Part shown: positions 13,361 through 24,734 of the stretch, piece after piece | Position numbering within the stretch: the stretch's first letter is position 1 | Layout of the letters: each line of letters opens with the position of its first letter | NCBI GenBank assembly: GCA_051942205.1 | Contig: JAVECO010000083.1 | Span: forward strand, 1 to 64,000 | Origin: Coniocarpon cinnabarinum | Taxonomy: Eukaryota | Direction: 5' to 3' | Length of the DNA stretch: 64,000 nt | Notes under the pieces: generated by a model | Database searches by the model: none | What the model was told of the DNA's origin: nothing | The model's input: the letters and a program-made list of their open reading frames with translations, nothing else | Translations under genes and position numbers: made by a program

Positions 13361-14852
13361 TTACTGCTTGAGCTCTGCTTCCACGATGCCCTCATTCTCG
13401 CCGCTTGGGTCGCTGTGAAACTGAATGACCCGAAACCCGGCCTGGTCCAGTAACAGTTCGAACTGCCTCTCTGTGCGCTCCATTCCTACAATGGCAACGA
13501 CGTCAATATTGAGTCACGTACACAGCATTCTACACATCACTCACCATTCAGTATGGCCATCATGTTGATATCAAGCAGCGCAGGATACAGCGGAACATTT
13601 TCTGCAGGCAAAATGAACTCATTGAGCAATAGCTTCGAATAGCCCGGTTCCATGGCCTCTCCTATACGCTTCAAAATTTCCAGACACTTGGAATCGGCCC
13701 AGTCATGTAGGATTGATCTCAAGTAGTATACTGAGTGGTCATTAGCATGGTATGTCGCGCGACCACAACAATCAAGGGGACTACCTCGGGCACCCTTTCT
13801 TGGCTGGAGGGCGAAGAAATCATAGGCTTCTTTGACTATGGTCTCATCAAGGTTTCTGATGTTCTGAATGACAGGAGCCTGGTCTTGAAGTACCAATTTC
13901 CCTGGTGCATCTGGAAAGGCTCGATGGAAGGCTTGAATGTCATGTCCTTCGCCGCCTCCAACGTCAACAAGAAGAGTTGCATAGGAGCCACCCTTCGCAC
14001 CACTTAAGAACAGCTTGTGAATGTCCACACGATGGAACCAGTCACCTCGCTGCGCTTGCTGGCCCTTCATAAAGGTATTGAAGTCGGTCATCAACTTTGG
14101 GTATTGCATTAACCTGGACTCAGCATATCAGCACACGTCTCTCTCGCGAAGTCTTTTCGATTAGAACCGCAAACGCACCAATAGAAAAGATCGAGGTCGG
14201 TGTTTTTGGTGTATTGAAAAGGTCCAGGGTTGCCTTCTACGTTCTTGTAGCCGTTTCGCTCAAAATATGACGGCATGCGAGACAATGCATGAGTCGCACA
14301 CTCAAACCTTTCGACCTCGTAAGCCCTTCAACCTAGGTTGAATCTGAATTCACTAGGCATTACCTACATGAAATTATAGCCACCCTTGAGGACTGGATCA
14401 ACGATCAGTCTGCCTGACGGCGTCGATTCATACGTCTCTCCACGGACGTCCTTCACAAAGCCCATAGGGACCAAAGGGCGGAGCAAGCGGACTGCGTGGT
14501 ACATGTTAGGCTCCAACGTCGTTGGTCAGACGCGCTTTACATTTCATTATTTACCGATCAAAACAGGGTCAGCATTGGTCTTTTCGCCGAGCTCTTGTGC
14601 AGAGACCGGCCGCGTGGCGGAAGCGAGATAGTCCATGACACCCATGTTGAGGAGCGCCATCATTGCCGAGGGAGCATGCGGCGACATGATCATTTTCCAA
14701 CAAGCGTCAAGTGGACTTTCGAGCTGTCCGGCAGCGCCCATTGCAACTCCGAACAGCTTCTTGCGTGCGGCATCATCATTGTTCGTCTTCTCGACGACCC
14801 TTTGAAAGTGTGCACTTAAGGCTGCGATATCCGCATCATTGTCGCTGAGCAT
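13361..14852 (-). CDS. SAM-dependent O-methyltransferase (COMT/OmtA type)
   Basis: LLVDVGGGEGHD, LVLQDQ, YDFF..QP, YLRSILHDW, DINMMA..GMERTERQF; multi-exon; TAA at 13361-13363. Confidence 0.93.
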
Positions 14853-15886
14853 GGTGACTTTTGGTGCGTCAGATGATTGACTGCTGTGTCACCGACCTTT
14901 CAAATACGTCGTGAGGGGTTCAATATGTATCAAATGCCACCTGCGGCGGCACAGACCTCCAAAGGTGATCAGCCCCGTCCCGCGAAAGTGAGAACAAGGT
15001 TTACGTGCTTTACAGGAGATTTCGACTGATTTGCTCTGTGCTTGTCATTGAACTATGAAGCTGGTGCTGCACCTCTACGACTCTAATGGCATAACTCAAG
15101 CACAATACACATCAATGTCAAGCAAGATACTGATGCGAAGGAAAGCGGTTTTAGCTGGTGATGCCGCATTGCCTGTGGCGTGGCCCCATCTGGATCTCTC
15201 GCTTTTCAGCTTATGTCACGCCCAACAATCTGGTTCAGCACTTGATTTGCACGGGCGTACGCGCATCAAACAGTATCTCCTTCGCATCTCTGCGCGATCG
15301 ACGGTGTGGTTGTAACTAAGGAGTTCGGAGTTAAGCAAAAGTTTATCCCCGAGCCTTGTGGTATGCATGCCACTCACCCATTGCAGCTAAGTAGTTGAAG
15401 TTGATACGCTGATCACACCAGGTAAGTTGCAGTGCTCCCTTCGCCAACCTTGCAGGGGATCCGACAGCCCCGAATGATGGACGGCTGGGTTTCAGTGTTC
15501 CGCCACGTCTCGCCGCTGCAAGCCGTATCGGCGACCTCAGCTGGCCACCTTCACAAGGCCTTCTTCTGCGCAAGATCAGGACCATTCTCCGGCAGGAAAG
15601 CAGCATTGGGTTACGTTGGTCGGATAAGAGTCTTGCATTATTCATAAGCTCGAGTACGCAAAGCGAACGGTAACGTGCGTGGGGTCTGACAATTCCCGAT
15701 GCATCAGCGACAACTCCACATCATATATCTTTGTATAAACGCTGATGACTTAAGCCTGCGTTTTTCCTCGAGCATGTAATGGTAGGACTGCCGTGTCTTG
15801 GAGGATTGGGGGGCGCAGACGGTGTTTCATTCCCAGACACAAAGGCGCGCTCTCCAACTCTCGCCGTCACAGTAGTATCCAGGATT

Positions 15887-16950
15887 CTAAGCATACTTAT
15901 AGGTCTCAATGCCTCCCCCAAAGGTTTCGTTCCCCGCCGTACTAATGTATAGCACATCCTCATCTCCACACCTCATACCCAACCTCGCAGCCGTCGGCCG
16001 CGTACCTGTTGCCACCAGTGGTGCAATGCCGCTGTTGCCCTCGAAACGAACCACACCTATCAAATCCGCATCCGTAATGAACGCCCCACTGCCCTGTCCT
16101 GTTAAAGCAAAGCCATCAGGCGCTGGGCTGCTCGATCCTTGGTTGAGTACCTCCGACGGTCCAGTTCCATAACCCGCAGGGCTGATGGGTGTCCGAGCAT
16201 AGAGCTGCAAGCCGGTGTTGGTGAAGTAAGCATAGCTATTCTGTACGTGCACGCCGTTTGCTCCCAAGCGAAACTGCGCATTAAGATCTACGGCGGTCAA
16301 CTCGTCTTCGATCGCAACACTGTCTTCATCAGCCTCAGCTAGCCAGTGCTGGCGTTGTTTCTCACGCAGTAAACTCACCTGATATCTCCCGTCGAAACAT
16401 CAACTCGCCAGATTTTCCCAGCAATCGAGTCCGCAATCAGGAGCACGCCGATCTCCTTGATGGCATCCACGCCATTCAACAAACCACTGTCCTTCACATT
16501 CGCCACCAGCTCAGGCGTGACCTTGCCCTCGACAACATCGTCGTCGCATCCGCGAAGATCCAGTCGCCAAACCTGTCCTGTGCCGTTCGTCGGTATGGAA
16601 GTGGTGAGGTTGTCTCGCTCCGTCACTACGTAGAACACGTCGTCTTCCATTTCCGCGACTCCCAAGACGCCATTTGCCGGAGGTCCGAAAGATGCAATTA
16701 CGGGTGCTTCAGAGTCAGCTGGCGGAGATGGTGGGATGTACGCGATCTGAGGTGCTGAAATGATATTGGCAAGAATGCCACCATTTGATCGGAGGGCAAG
16801 GTTCTCGACGTTGGTGCCTGGAGGAAAGGTGTAGTAGGGTGTTGCTGTGGGGAGGGCAGTGGAGGACGGGCTGGAAGCTTGGGGCACAGCACCGGTAAGA
16901 GAAGAAAGAAACAAGGAGATGACAGCAGTAGACATGTGAAGCGCGAGCAT
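15887..16950 (-). CDS. Secreted six-bladed beta-propeller protein (SMP-30/gluconolactonase-like fold)
   Basis: Signal peptide (MSTAVISLFLSSLTGA); motifs ENLALRSNG, LLNGV..LLIADS..GKIWRVD, GANGVH, PDGFAL, PTAARLG; intron approx. 16321-16378 (GTGAGT..GCTGAT..CAG). Confidence 0.82.
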
Positions 16951-17805
16951 GTTTGGGGGCCCGTCTATTTGCGACAACTTAACAGGCTGCTTGAAGGGAG
17001 GGAAACGCGGAGGTGCGGAATAAAGGGGGACTACATTTATACGTTGTCAGTGTCTTTCTGCTGTCTTATACCATTGACATGATTTCTTTAGGCTTTGAGC
17101 TGTGAAGAGAACGTCATTGTCAATGCGTAGGCTGAGTCAACGTGCTGACAAACAGTCCAACAACCTTTTCGCATTTCCGCCAATGGTCTCTCGCGAACTC
17201 CCGTAAAATTTGGATGCGTGTTCCGCTGCGCCTCGACCAATAGAGGCTCTGCCATCTTGTCTTGTTAGGAGACCGCAGGTTTCGATATAGCGAGCAATGT
17301 AAGAGGCATGGTCTGATAAACGGTCAACGTGGAGCCGCATCTAAAGGGCAAAGTCGTCGGGGAGATTAACTCTCAACCAGTATCGGTACCTTTTTCTGCA
17401 TTCGACAAGTGCCCAAGGCTGGGGGCCATTGGGGCGTTGCGCTAGTCTGCTTACGTTTCCGTCGATTCCGGCGAGGGCCCCGTAGGAAAGTACTTGCCGC
17501 ACTATATTCCAGCGTCTTACGAGATACGCCGCTATACTCGTGGCTTTATAACCTGGATTGCTCTTATCGTATAGGGTTATCGCCAGGGCTGAATCCCGGC
17601 AACGACCATTGTCCGTGGCCGTTGCGGCGCCAATGAAGGTCCCGGATTTGAAACGGCCAAGAGGGGTTTGTTGCAAGGCACGTTGTTGTCATTACATTTA
17701 AGGACCAAGCGAATCGTAGTGACGCTTTTGGAGCATCAGCTTCTCAATTAGGGACATCTAAAACTTCTATCAGTGAAAGTCCAAGCGGCCGTCTCGCAGT
17801 TGATA

Positions 17806-19704
17806 TCATGACGCAGCCGTCTCGCGCTTCCTAGCCCATTCTTCCACCAGTCCCACGTAATCGCTCTTCCCATAGGGCTCCAGCGCTTCTCTCACCGTCC
17901 CCCGGATCCAGCCCCATATCCCGGCGTTCTCCTGCTGCATCTTGCGTGCGGCGTCCAAGCCGAGATCCGTCAGCAACATGTCGAGATAAGGTACCAGCTC
18001 GAAGACGAAGTCCGGGAAACGAGCGCCGAAGCCCCACGGGAATCGCAGCTTGCAGAACTCGGTGTGCAGAAGTGTCTCATATCGGATGCGAGCGTCGAGA
18101 GTGGATGTGTCTATCGAGTCGAGCAGTGGCTTCTCCGAGTCAGGAGGAAGTGTGGCTGTGGCTGTTGGAAGAGCGGAAGGCGAGTTTGGTTCCAGTGATG
18201 GGAGCTGGTGGTTGAAATATGCTGCGATCCATAAGGCTTGAATTTGCACAGTAAGTGGGACACCGAAATTTATTTGCATTCCTAAGAAGGCGATGTTGCG
18301 GTCGTGAATGTAAGGTGCTTGAGGGGCCATGAAGCGGTAGAGCCGATAAGGTTGATTTGGAGAGCGATCAGTGTCAGACCCGGCACATGCATTAGATCTG
18401 GGCACTGGCGCAGCGGGTGAATGTTTCAATATGGGCAACGCAGTCGTGATGGCTTCGTCGGCAGCCGAAGTAGCTTTGTCAGGTATGGAAAAATTAGGAT
18501 CGAAGTACGGGAGGCCAAGGTGTTTTTCCACACCCTCTGGAAGAAATTTGATGGAGGGAGTGTGGTCCCAGCCAGTGCAGCACACCATAGCATCGACGTG
18601 GATGGGACCCGCTTCTTGGAGATGCACGTCATGATTGCGGAGTTCAGTGATCTCGTCGATGTGAATCTGGATCTGACCGCTCTCGACCATGCCGAAGATG
18701 TCGCGTTCGAAACTCAGTACACCTTGGCCTCCGGCGACACTCATCCAATCTGTCCATGGCCGGAGCTTGGCCGTTTCAGCGCATCGGTCGTAGTTGTTAT
18801 GTGAGCCGATATCGCCTTGGATCGCGCCGAAAAGACCTTTCACCATCTTGCGGCCGAGCCACGTTCTTTGCAGGGCGTCGCGTGTCCATTGCTCAAGCCA
18901 AGAAGGTCGACCTCCCCATATGCATGGACTGAACCATGTAAGTAGTCGCGTCATCACCAGGTTTTCTTTGCAGAGCTTGAGAGGCGTGACTTTGCCGGGC
19001 GCCATCCAACATGGCCCGTGACCTGACTTCCGCATTAACCAGTGGACTTTGACGCCCTCAGAGGCATAAGCATATGCAGCGTCCCAGGCCATTTTAGTCC
19101 CACCGTACACCATGACAGCGTTTCCGCGCTTAAACGACTGAGCGTAGTTTCCCATGTCTCTGCCATGGAAAATAGGTGCGGAAAACTTGGAACCACCAAG
19201 ATGTTCGAACGAAGGTAGTTTCGGACGTGAGCAAAGCCCAGCGCCCACGATGAGTTTCTGTGCGAGAACCCTTCTGAGGATAGTGCCTCCAGGTGGTGTA
19301 GCAGATGCCACTGTAAGAAGCCATCCATCTTTGCCCTTGTACTCGGCAGACTGTACGCGCTGGCCGTATCGGATATGTTGATTCAATTGGAAATGCTTCG
19401 CATAAGCTGTGAGATACTGGTTGACAGCCTTTCCAGGTATGTGCTTGTCACTAGGAATATTGAGGCCAGCAGCCGACGCTGGGAAATCACTGTACTCGAA
19501 GAACGGTGAGAGATTGTTCGTGTGAAGGTTGGGATAGATGTGGTCCGTCGCCCAAACGCCGCCCAAGCTCTTCTCAGCCTCGAGTATTGCATACTGCGTG
19601 CTAGGATGCAGTTGTTGATAGGTTTTGGCTGCGCAAAGGCCGGAGATCCCAGAACCAATGATCACCAGCTCAAGAACCTCGTCGCATTTCTCGGCTGACG
19701 CCAT
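17806..19704 (-). CDS. Flavin-containing monooxygenase (FMO/BVMO-like)
   Basis: VIIGSGISG FAD motif, GGVW, FSAPIFHG (FxGxxxH-like), second Rossmann VYGGTKMAWD, CCTGW; 632 aa, single exon. Confidence 0.9.
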   Translation of the reverse strand: MASAEKCDEVLELVIIGSGISGLCAAKTYQQLHPSTQYAILEAEKSLGGVWATDHIYPNLHTNNLSPFFEYSDFPASAAGLNIPSDKHIPGKAVNQYLTAYAKHFQLNQHIRYGQRVQSAEYKGKDGWLLTVASATPPGGTILRRVLAQKLIVGAGLCSRPKLPSFEHLGGSKFSAPIFHGRDMGNYAQSFKRGNAVMVYGGTKMAWDAAYAYASEGVKVHWLMRKSGHGPCWMAPGKVTPLKLCKENLVMTRLLTWFSPCIWGGRPSWLEQWTRDALQRTWLGRKMVKGLFGAIQGDIGSHNNYDRCAETAKLRPWTDWMSVAGGQGVLSFERDIFGMVESGQIQIHIDEITELRNHDVHLQEAGPIHVDAMVCCTGWDHTPSIKFLPEGVEKHLGLPYFDPNFSIPDKATSAADEAITTALPILKHSPAAPVPRSNACAGSDTDRSPNQPYRLYRFMAPQAPYIHDRNIAFLGMQINFGVPLTVQIQALWIAAYFNHQLPSLEPNSPSALPTATATLPPDSEKPLLDSIDTSTLDARIRYETLLHTEFCKLRFPWGFGARFPDFVFELVPYLDMLLTDLGLDAARKMQQENAGIWGWIRGTVREALEPYGKSDYVGLVEEWARKRETAAS

Positions 19705-21393
19705 GTCCAGAACCCAAGCCGACTTAGCGCAGCATAAGACGGACGAAATGTGGTTGTAGAAGGAATAGAAGGGGGATTAGTGGTTAAGAGGAGCGAGGAA
19801 GTTCACCAGGTACAAAGGTACGTCGATAATACTATGCACTCCTCAGGATAGAAGCTGTTAAGTAGCGCGATCAACGGCGAATCAAGAGCCGGGCCCAGAA
19901 CGCGTCCCCAAAAGACGTTGTACGAAGGTAGATGAGATGTCGCGACCTTGCTGTGAGCTTAAGATTTGCACTCGATCACCTCGTGTCCTTTATAATTCGA
20001 GGCCGGACGAGATGAAAGGTATCCTGTCGCGTTTCTCGGACGAGAAGAGGCGAATATACCACCTCGCGCTGTTCAGGTGAGGACAAGGGGGGTTGCTACA
20101 AGCGACGAAAGCAGCGAATGTTCACACTTCAAGGGCGAAAAGGACATGAGAGGCAGAAGGGACAGCGGCGACGGTCCGCGGGCCCACGTGTCTTTAGCCA
20201 AGATTACAAACGGAGGCGAAAGCGTCAGACAAGGTCTGACAGTTGTGAAGCGATGGAATACGCGCGGATTTACGTGGAGAAACTGGGCAACCATCTAGAG
20301 ATTGAGGAAGTGGCCACGGGCGTACAGAGAGCAATGCGCTCGAGTCGAGTGGAGCAGAGAGGGCCCATAGTAGCGAATGGCGAGAAGCGCGCGCAGCGAC
20401 TAGAGATTCATGTAACATGCAGGCCACGCTTGTGCAGAGTGGTCTGTCGAGAAGTGGCAGGATAGAACGTTCAAAGGCTAGAAGTTCTGGAAGTGTGACT
20501 TTGACAATGTAGCGCAGGAAGGGTCATGCACGGCTTGTGCTCTAGTGTGTGGTTGGCGTGCCGGATTGACGGCTGCAGGAGGATGGTGATAAGTCCACGG
20601 ATCGGGCAAACCACCTGCCAGATGGATCTGTGCTGAAGTCTTGGATGCACAGCCCCCAATCTTTAGACGATGGATCATATTCAAGAAAGAGGAAGAGGCT
20701 CTGCCGCACGTCTCGCACTTTGCAGTCTGATTAGGTCTTTGCCGAGGCCCGGATCGTAACCAGGTTCCGCAGTTTAGCAGATTGCGATAAGTTCGTTGGG
20801 GCATTTAAACGCTACTCTCTGTAACGATGCCATCTTCACCTGTCATTCGCTCCACGGCTTTGTCTAACCAGTGCGTGTCGCCAATCCGGGGAGAGAGTCA
20901 GATCTCGATCAGTTCACAAAGGACCCATCACCTACTGGTCAAGTCGGCACTTTGGCTTACTAACACAGTGTAAAGAGCACCTAGGCGGCAAGACGGCGTC
21001 TCGGTCACTACGGCCCGAAAGCGATTCATGCTCCACAGTGTACTCATGCATAGCGCTTCACCCCTGGCAAGACATACCACCAGAGTCGGCCCTGCAAGAA
21101 TTCATGCGCATTGGCAAAACATCAACAAAGCTGCTCCGATGTCGAACAGAGCTCCAATGCCTGTAGTTGTGGGCTTTGGTGCAAGTTCAAGTCAGAGTGC
21201 GGGGACGAGAAGAGCATCGGCTTCAATTGCCGCTTATGATGCCGAAAGTAAGAATATGAATCTATGTCAGGACGATTGAAAATGCGTGAGAGTGACAGAG
21301 ATATACACGAGATTCTCGGAAGCTCGTTGATATACTCCAAGGTGAGCAAAAAGCTTTGCAAGTAACACCGATTCCATCACTGTGTTTCGCAGC

Positions 21394-22671
21394 ATGGCTT
21401 TGAGCGCGTTGAAGCGCAATCCGCCTTTCCGAGCGGAGCATATAGGCTCACTCCTTCGGCCGGAAGCACTGGTCAAGCTTCGCTACGAGGTCGCCGAGAA
21501 GAAAGCCACCAAGGACCAGCTATTGCCTGTAGAGCAGAAGGCTATTAAGGATGTTGTGGCCCTCCAGCAGGAGTGTGGCTTGCATGCCCCTACTAATGGC
21601 GAATACTCTCGTCACCAGTTCTGGGGAACCTTCTTTGAGACGTTGAACGGGATGGAAGAGATTAACCTCCGTGAAGGTGGTTATGATCAGTCGATCTTCA
21701 GGCTGTACGCGCCGGACGTCAAGTCCTTCATGCATGCCAAACAAGTTCCCAATCAGGTCACAGTTGCAGTAGGCAAGGTCTCTCACACCGGGACCTCGAG
21801 CTACATGCCCGAGTTTGAATACATGAAAACCCTTGTTCCCCAAGATCAGTGGAGCAATATCAAGCTCACGTTGGCTAGTCCGTCCTGGTACCACTTTCGG
21901 TATGGGCCGAAGAAGGCTTACGTTAACAATGCGTACGACAATGACGATGAATATTTTGCGGATGTTGCCAAAGCGTATCAGACGGAGCTAAAGATCTTGT
22001 ATGATGCCGGCTTACGGAACGCTCAGGTCGACGATCCCAACCTCGCCTGTCAGTCGGAGTAAGCGGTCATTTCATGCCGACTTCCTTGCTAACTGCTTCT
22101 AGATTTCTGTTCTGAGGCAATGCTCGAGGGTTGGAGAAATGACAAAGACAACTTTCAGAATGCCGACGAGCAATTTGCTGCTTACATGAAATTCTACAAC
22201 TCATGCTTTGAGCGACCTGCTGACATGCATTTGGGTATCCACCTATGCCGTGGAAATTACCTGAACAGCATGCACTTCTCGGAAGGTGCATATGACTCAA
22301 TCGCTCATACTATGTTCACTACGCTGAACGTCAACACGTTCTATCTCGAGTATGACACGCCTCGCGCAGGTGGCTTTGAGCCGCTCAAGCATCTGCCATT
22401 GAACAAAAGCGTCGTGCTTGGTGTGGTGACTTCCAAGTTTCCCAAGCTAGAAGACAAAGCGGAGATGGTTGGCCGAATCATGAAAGCTGCAGATTTTGTC
22501 GCCAATGGGACTGGCGGCAACCGGGATGAAGCTTTAAAACGGCTGAGCGTGAGTCCTCAGTGCGGCTTTGCAAGCCATGCGGAGGGTAACGCTCTTGGCT
22601 ATGAGGATATGAGAGCCAAATTGAAGCTTGTGAGGAGCATAGCTGATGAGGTCTGGCCAGGCCAACCGTGA
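21394..22671 (+). CDS. Half-size cobalamin-independent methionine synthase-like protein (MetE C-terminal catalytic domain only; YxjH-like)
   Basis: RAEHIGSLLRP, TNGEYSR, QVDDP; Zn ligands in HLCRGN, LEYD and SPQCGFAS; intron 22049-22102 (GTCAGT..GCTAAC..TAG). Confidence 0.9.
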
Positions 22672-23250
22672 TCTCATGATCTTTACGGTCGAAGGCAAGG
22701 GCCGAAAGCTATCTGAGTCTCCCTGAAGCTCATCTTGCCAATCCCACCGGTAGTCCATCGATAGATGGATAGTTACATCCACATGCGGCCCTCGGCTTTT
22801 GGAATTTGGAGATTCTCATTCCACCCGCACCCTCCCATTGCCTTCCAATTGTCACCCCGCTACTGTGACATTTTCGGCGTTGAACTCTGAGCTTTGCTTC
22901 GACGTGGTCGTTGCACATGTGTTAACATGTGTAATACACTGGGGCCGCACGGCATAAGTGTCACAGTTGATCTGATTCTGTGCTCGTACGATTCCGCGAT
23001 TCAATAGTCAGCTTCGCCAAACAAGCCCTACCAGCGACTGCATTTGAATCGCACTTCAGTTGGGTCAATGCTTCGAGAATATGCCACTTGCTTGTGACAC
23101 GCCTTGCTCAGCTGCAGGTCGGTGTTCGGAGAGATGCTTGCGTCCAACTCCGTGGACCCCTAACATGTGGTTTTCAAGGATGAATCGACATGGGTTTGGC
23201 GTATCCTAGACGCGGAATGCATGCTGATACACCCCGAGACAGCTCTTAGC

Positions 23251-24291
23251 TCATGTTTCTCGACTGTCCGCCCTCCCATGATGTAGTGATTCCTCTTTTG
23301 CAATGTCCATTAACTCTACTAGCAGGTTGTGAAACTCCGCTCTCTTCTCAATCGGAATTGAGTGTCCCAAGCCTTCAAAGACGAAAACCCTGACACTGTT
23401 TCCATCGCTTGCTTCTTTGTTCAATTCTTCAGCCAGCACCTTCCCATGCGGCGGCGATATCATCTTGTCTTCTGAACCATGCATTACCTGTATCCTCTTT
23501 CTTCCAACTTTTTCTGCCAGTTCTGTGAGCTGCTCGGCGCTTTTGTAATGCCATCCAGCCGCAATGGCTTGTAACATGAACCCGACTCGTGAAGACATCT
23601 CTGGCCTTTGCCGCTTCCACAGCTCTGTGGCACCGAACCTGTCCGCACCTGTGGGAAATGGCTTTACCTCATACTCTAACGCATCGGGACCTTCGAGATA
23701 TTCCCGACTATACAGCCTCTCCCGTGCACCCTCGAGCTGCGCGTCGATACTCTTGGGGATAAACAGGTTGATCCTGTTCCGAAGATTCTCGACGAAGCCG
23801 ACCGTGTTGACAAGTCGTGCCCATGTGCTGACAAGCGTCAAGGTAGCGACACGTTCAGGTTCGAGCATTCCAAACTCTTGTGCCACAGCCCCGCCCATGC
23901 TCACGCCTACTACATGCACACTCCGTCTCTCAGTCCAGCCAACGTGATCGAGGAGCTCCTGCACATCCCGCGCCATGTTCGACGTCGTGTACCGCATGTA
24001 CGGCTTGCCGCTCTGGCCGATCCCAATATTGTCAAACACAAGCACTGAATACCGGTTCTGTGCGTCGTGTCCAAAGTCTTTGCTCTGCCGCTGCCACGCG
24101 GTCTTGAGCCCACCCAGGCCCATGATGAAGAGAATGTGCTCCGGCCCGCTGCCGTGGAGCTCGTAAAAGATGTCATAAGGGCCGCCGCGACCGGCGCCGC
24201 AGGGACAGCGGCCTCTGGTTTTGGGTTGTAGATCCCATATCACATGCGGGAATTCAGGGTGTGCGCTGAGTTCGGCCGCGGTGAGAGGCAT
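23251..24291 (-). CDS. Alpha/beta-hydrolase fold protein
   Basis: YELHGSG, FDNIGIGQS, nucleophile elbow GVSMGG, HGSEDKMI, GLGH. Confidence 0.9.
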   Translation of the reverse strand: MPLTAAELSAHPEFPHVIWDLQPKTRGRCPCGAGRGGPYDIFYELHGSGPEHILFIMGLGGLKTAWQRQSKDFGHDAQNRYSVLVFDNIGIGQSGKPYMRYTTSNMARDVQELLDHVGWTERRSVHVVGVSMGGAVAQEFGMLEPERVATLTLVSTWARLVNTVGFVENLRNRINLFIPKSIDAQLEGARERLYSREYLEGPDALEYEVKPFPTGADRFGATELWKRQRPEMSSRVGFMLQAIAAGWHYKSAEQLTELAEKVGRKRIQVMHGSEDKMISPPHGKVLAEELNKEASDGNSVRVFVFEGLGHSIPIEKRAEFHNLLVELMDIAKEESLHHGRADSRET

Positions 24292-24734
24292 GCTCAAGGT
24301 TGAAGATCAGATAAACAAGAGTCGAGAGAAATTGGGGGAACAAATTCAACGACGGTTGTCATAGACGGCCATGGCCGAGCCTGAAAGAAACATAAATGCT
24401 CACGAGACGAGTGTCGTGTGCTGCCTTGGTGCTGCATCTGCGAATCCTTCACAGACCGAGGCGATCTTGAGTCACGGACATAGCATTATGTCCGAGGCTA
24501 TCCTAGACCGGTGTTAGCGCGAGGTACGTACTACGCACGCCTTGACGCGAGAATGGGTCGTGAAACGCGTCCATAAATTTCATGTTTAGGTCTGACATTT
24601 TCGGCGGCACCTAGCAAATTGACATATGCACCGCTGGTGCTTGCGCGAGCTTTTTGAAGGTCCAGAGCAGAAATGGGATGCAAGAGGCGTGACCATCTGA
24701 ATGCCTGGATGCCTGGACGAAGCAGCATCCTGAG

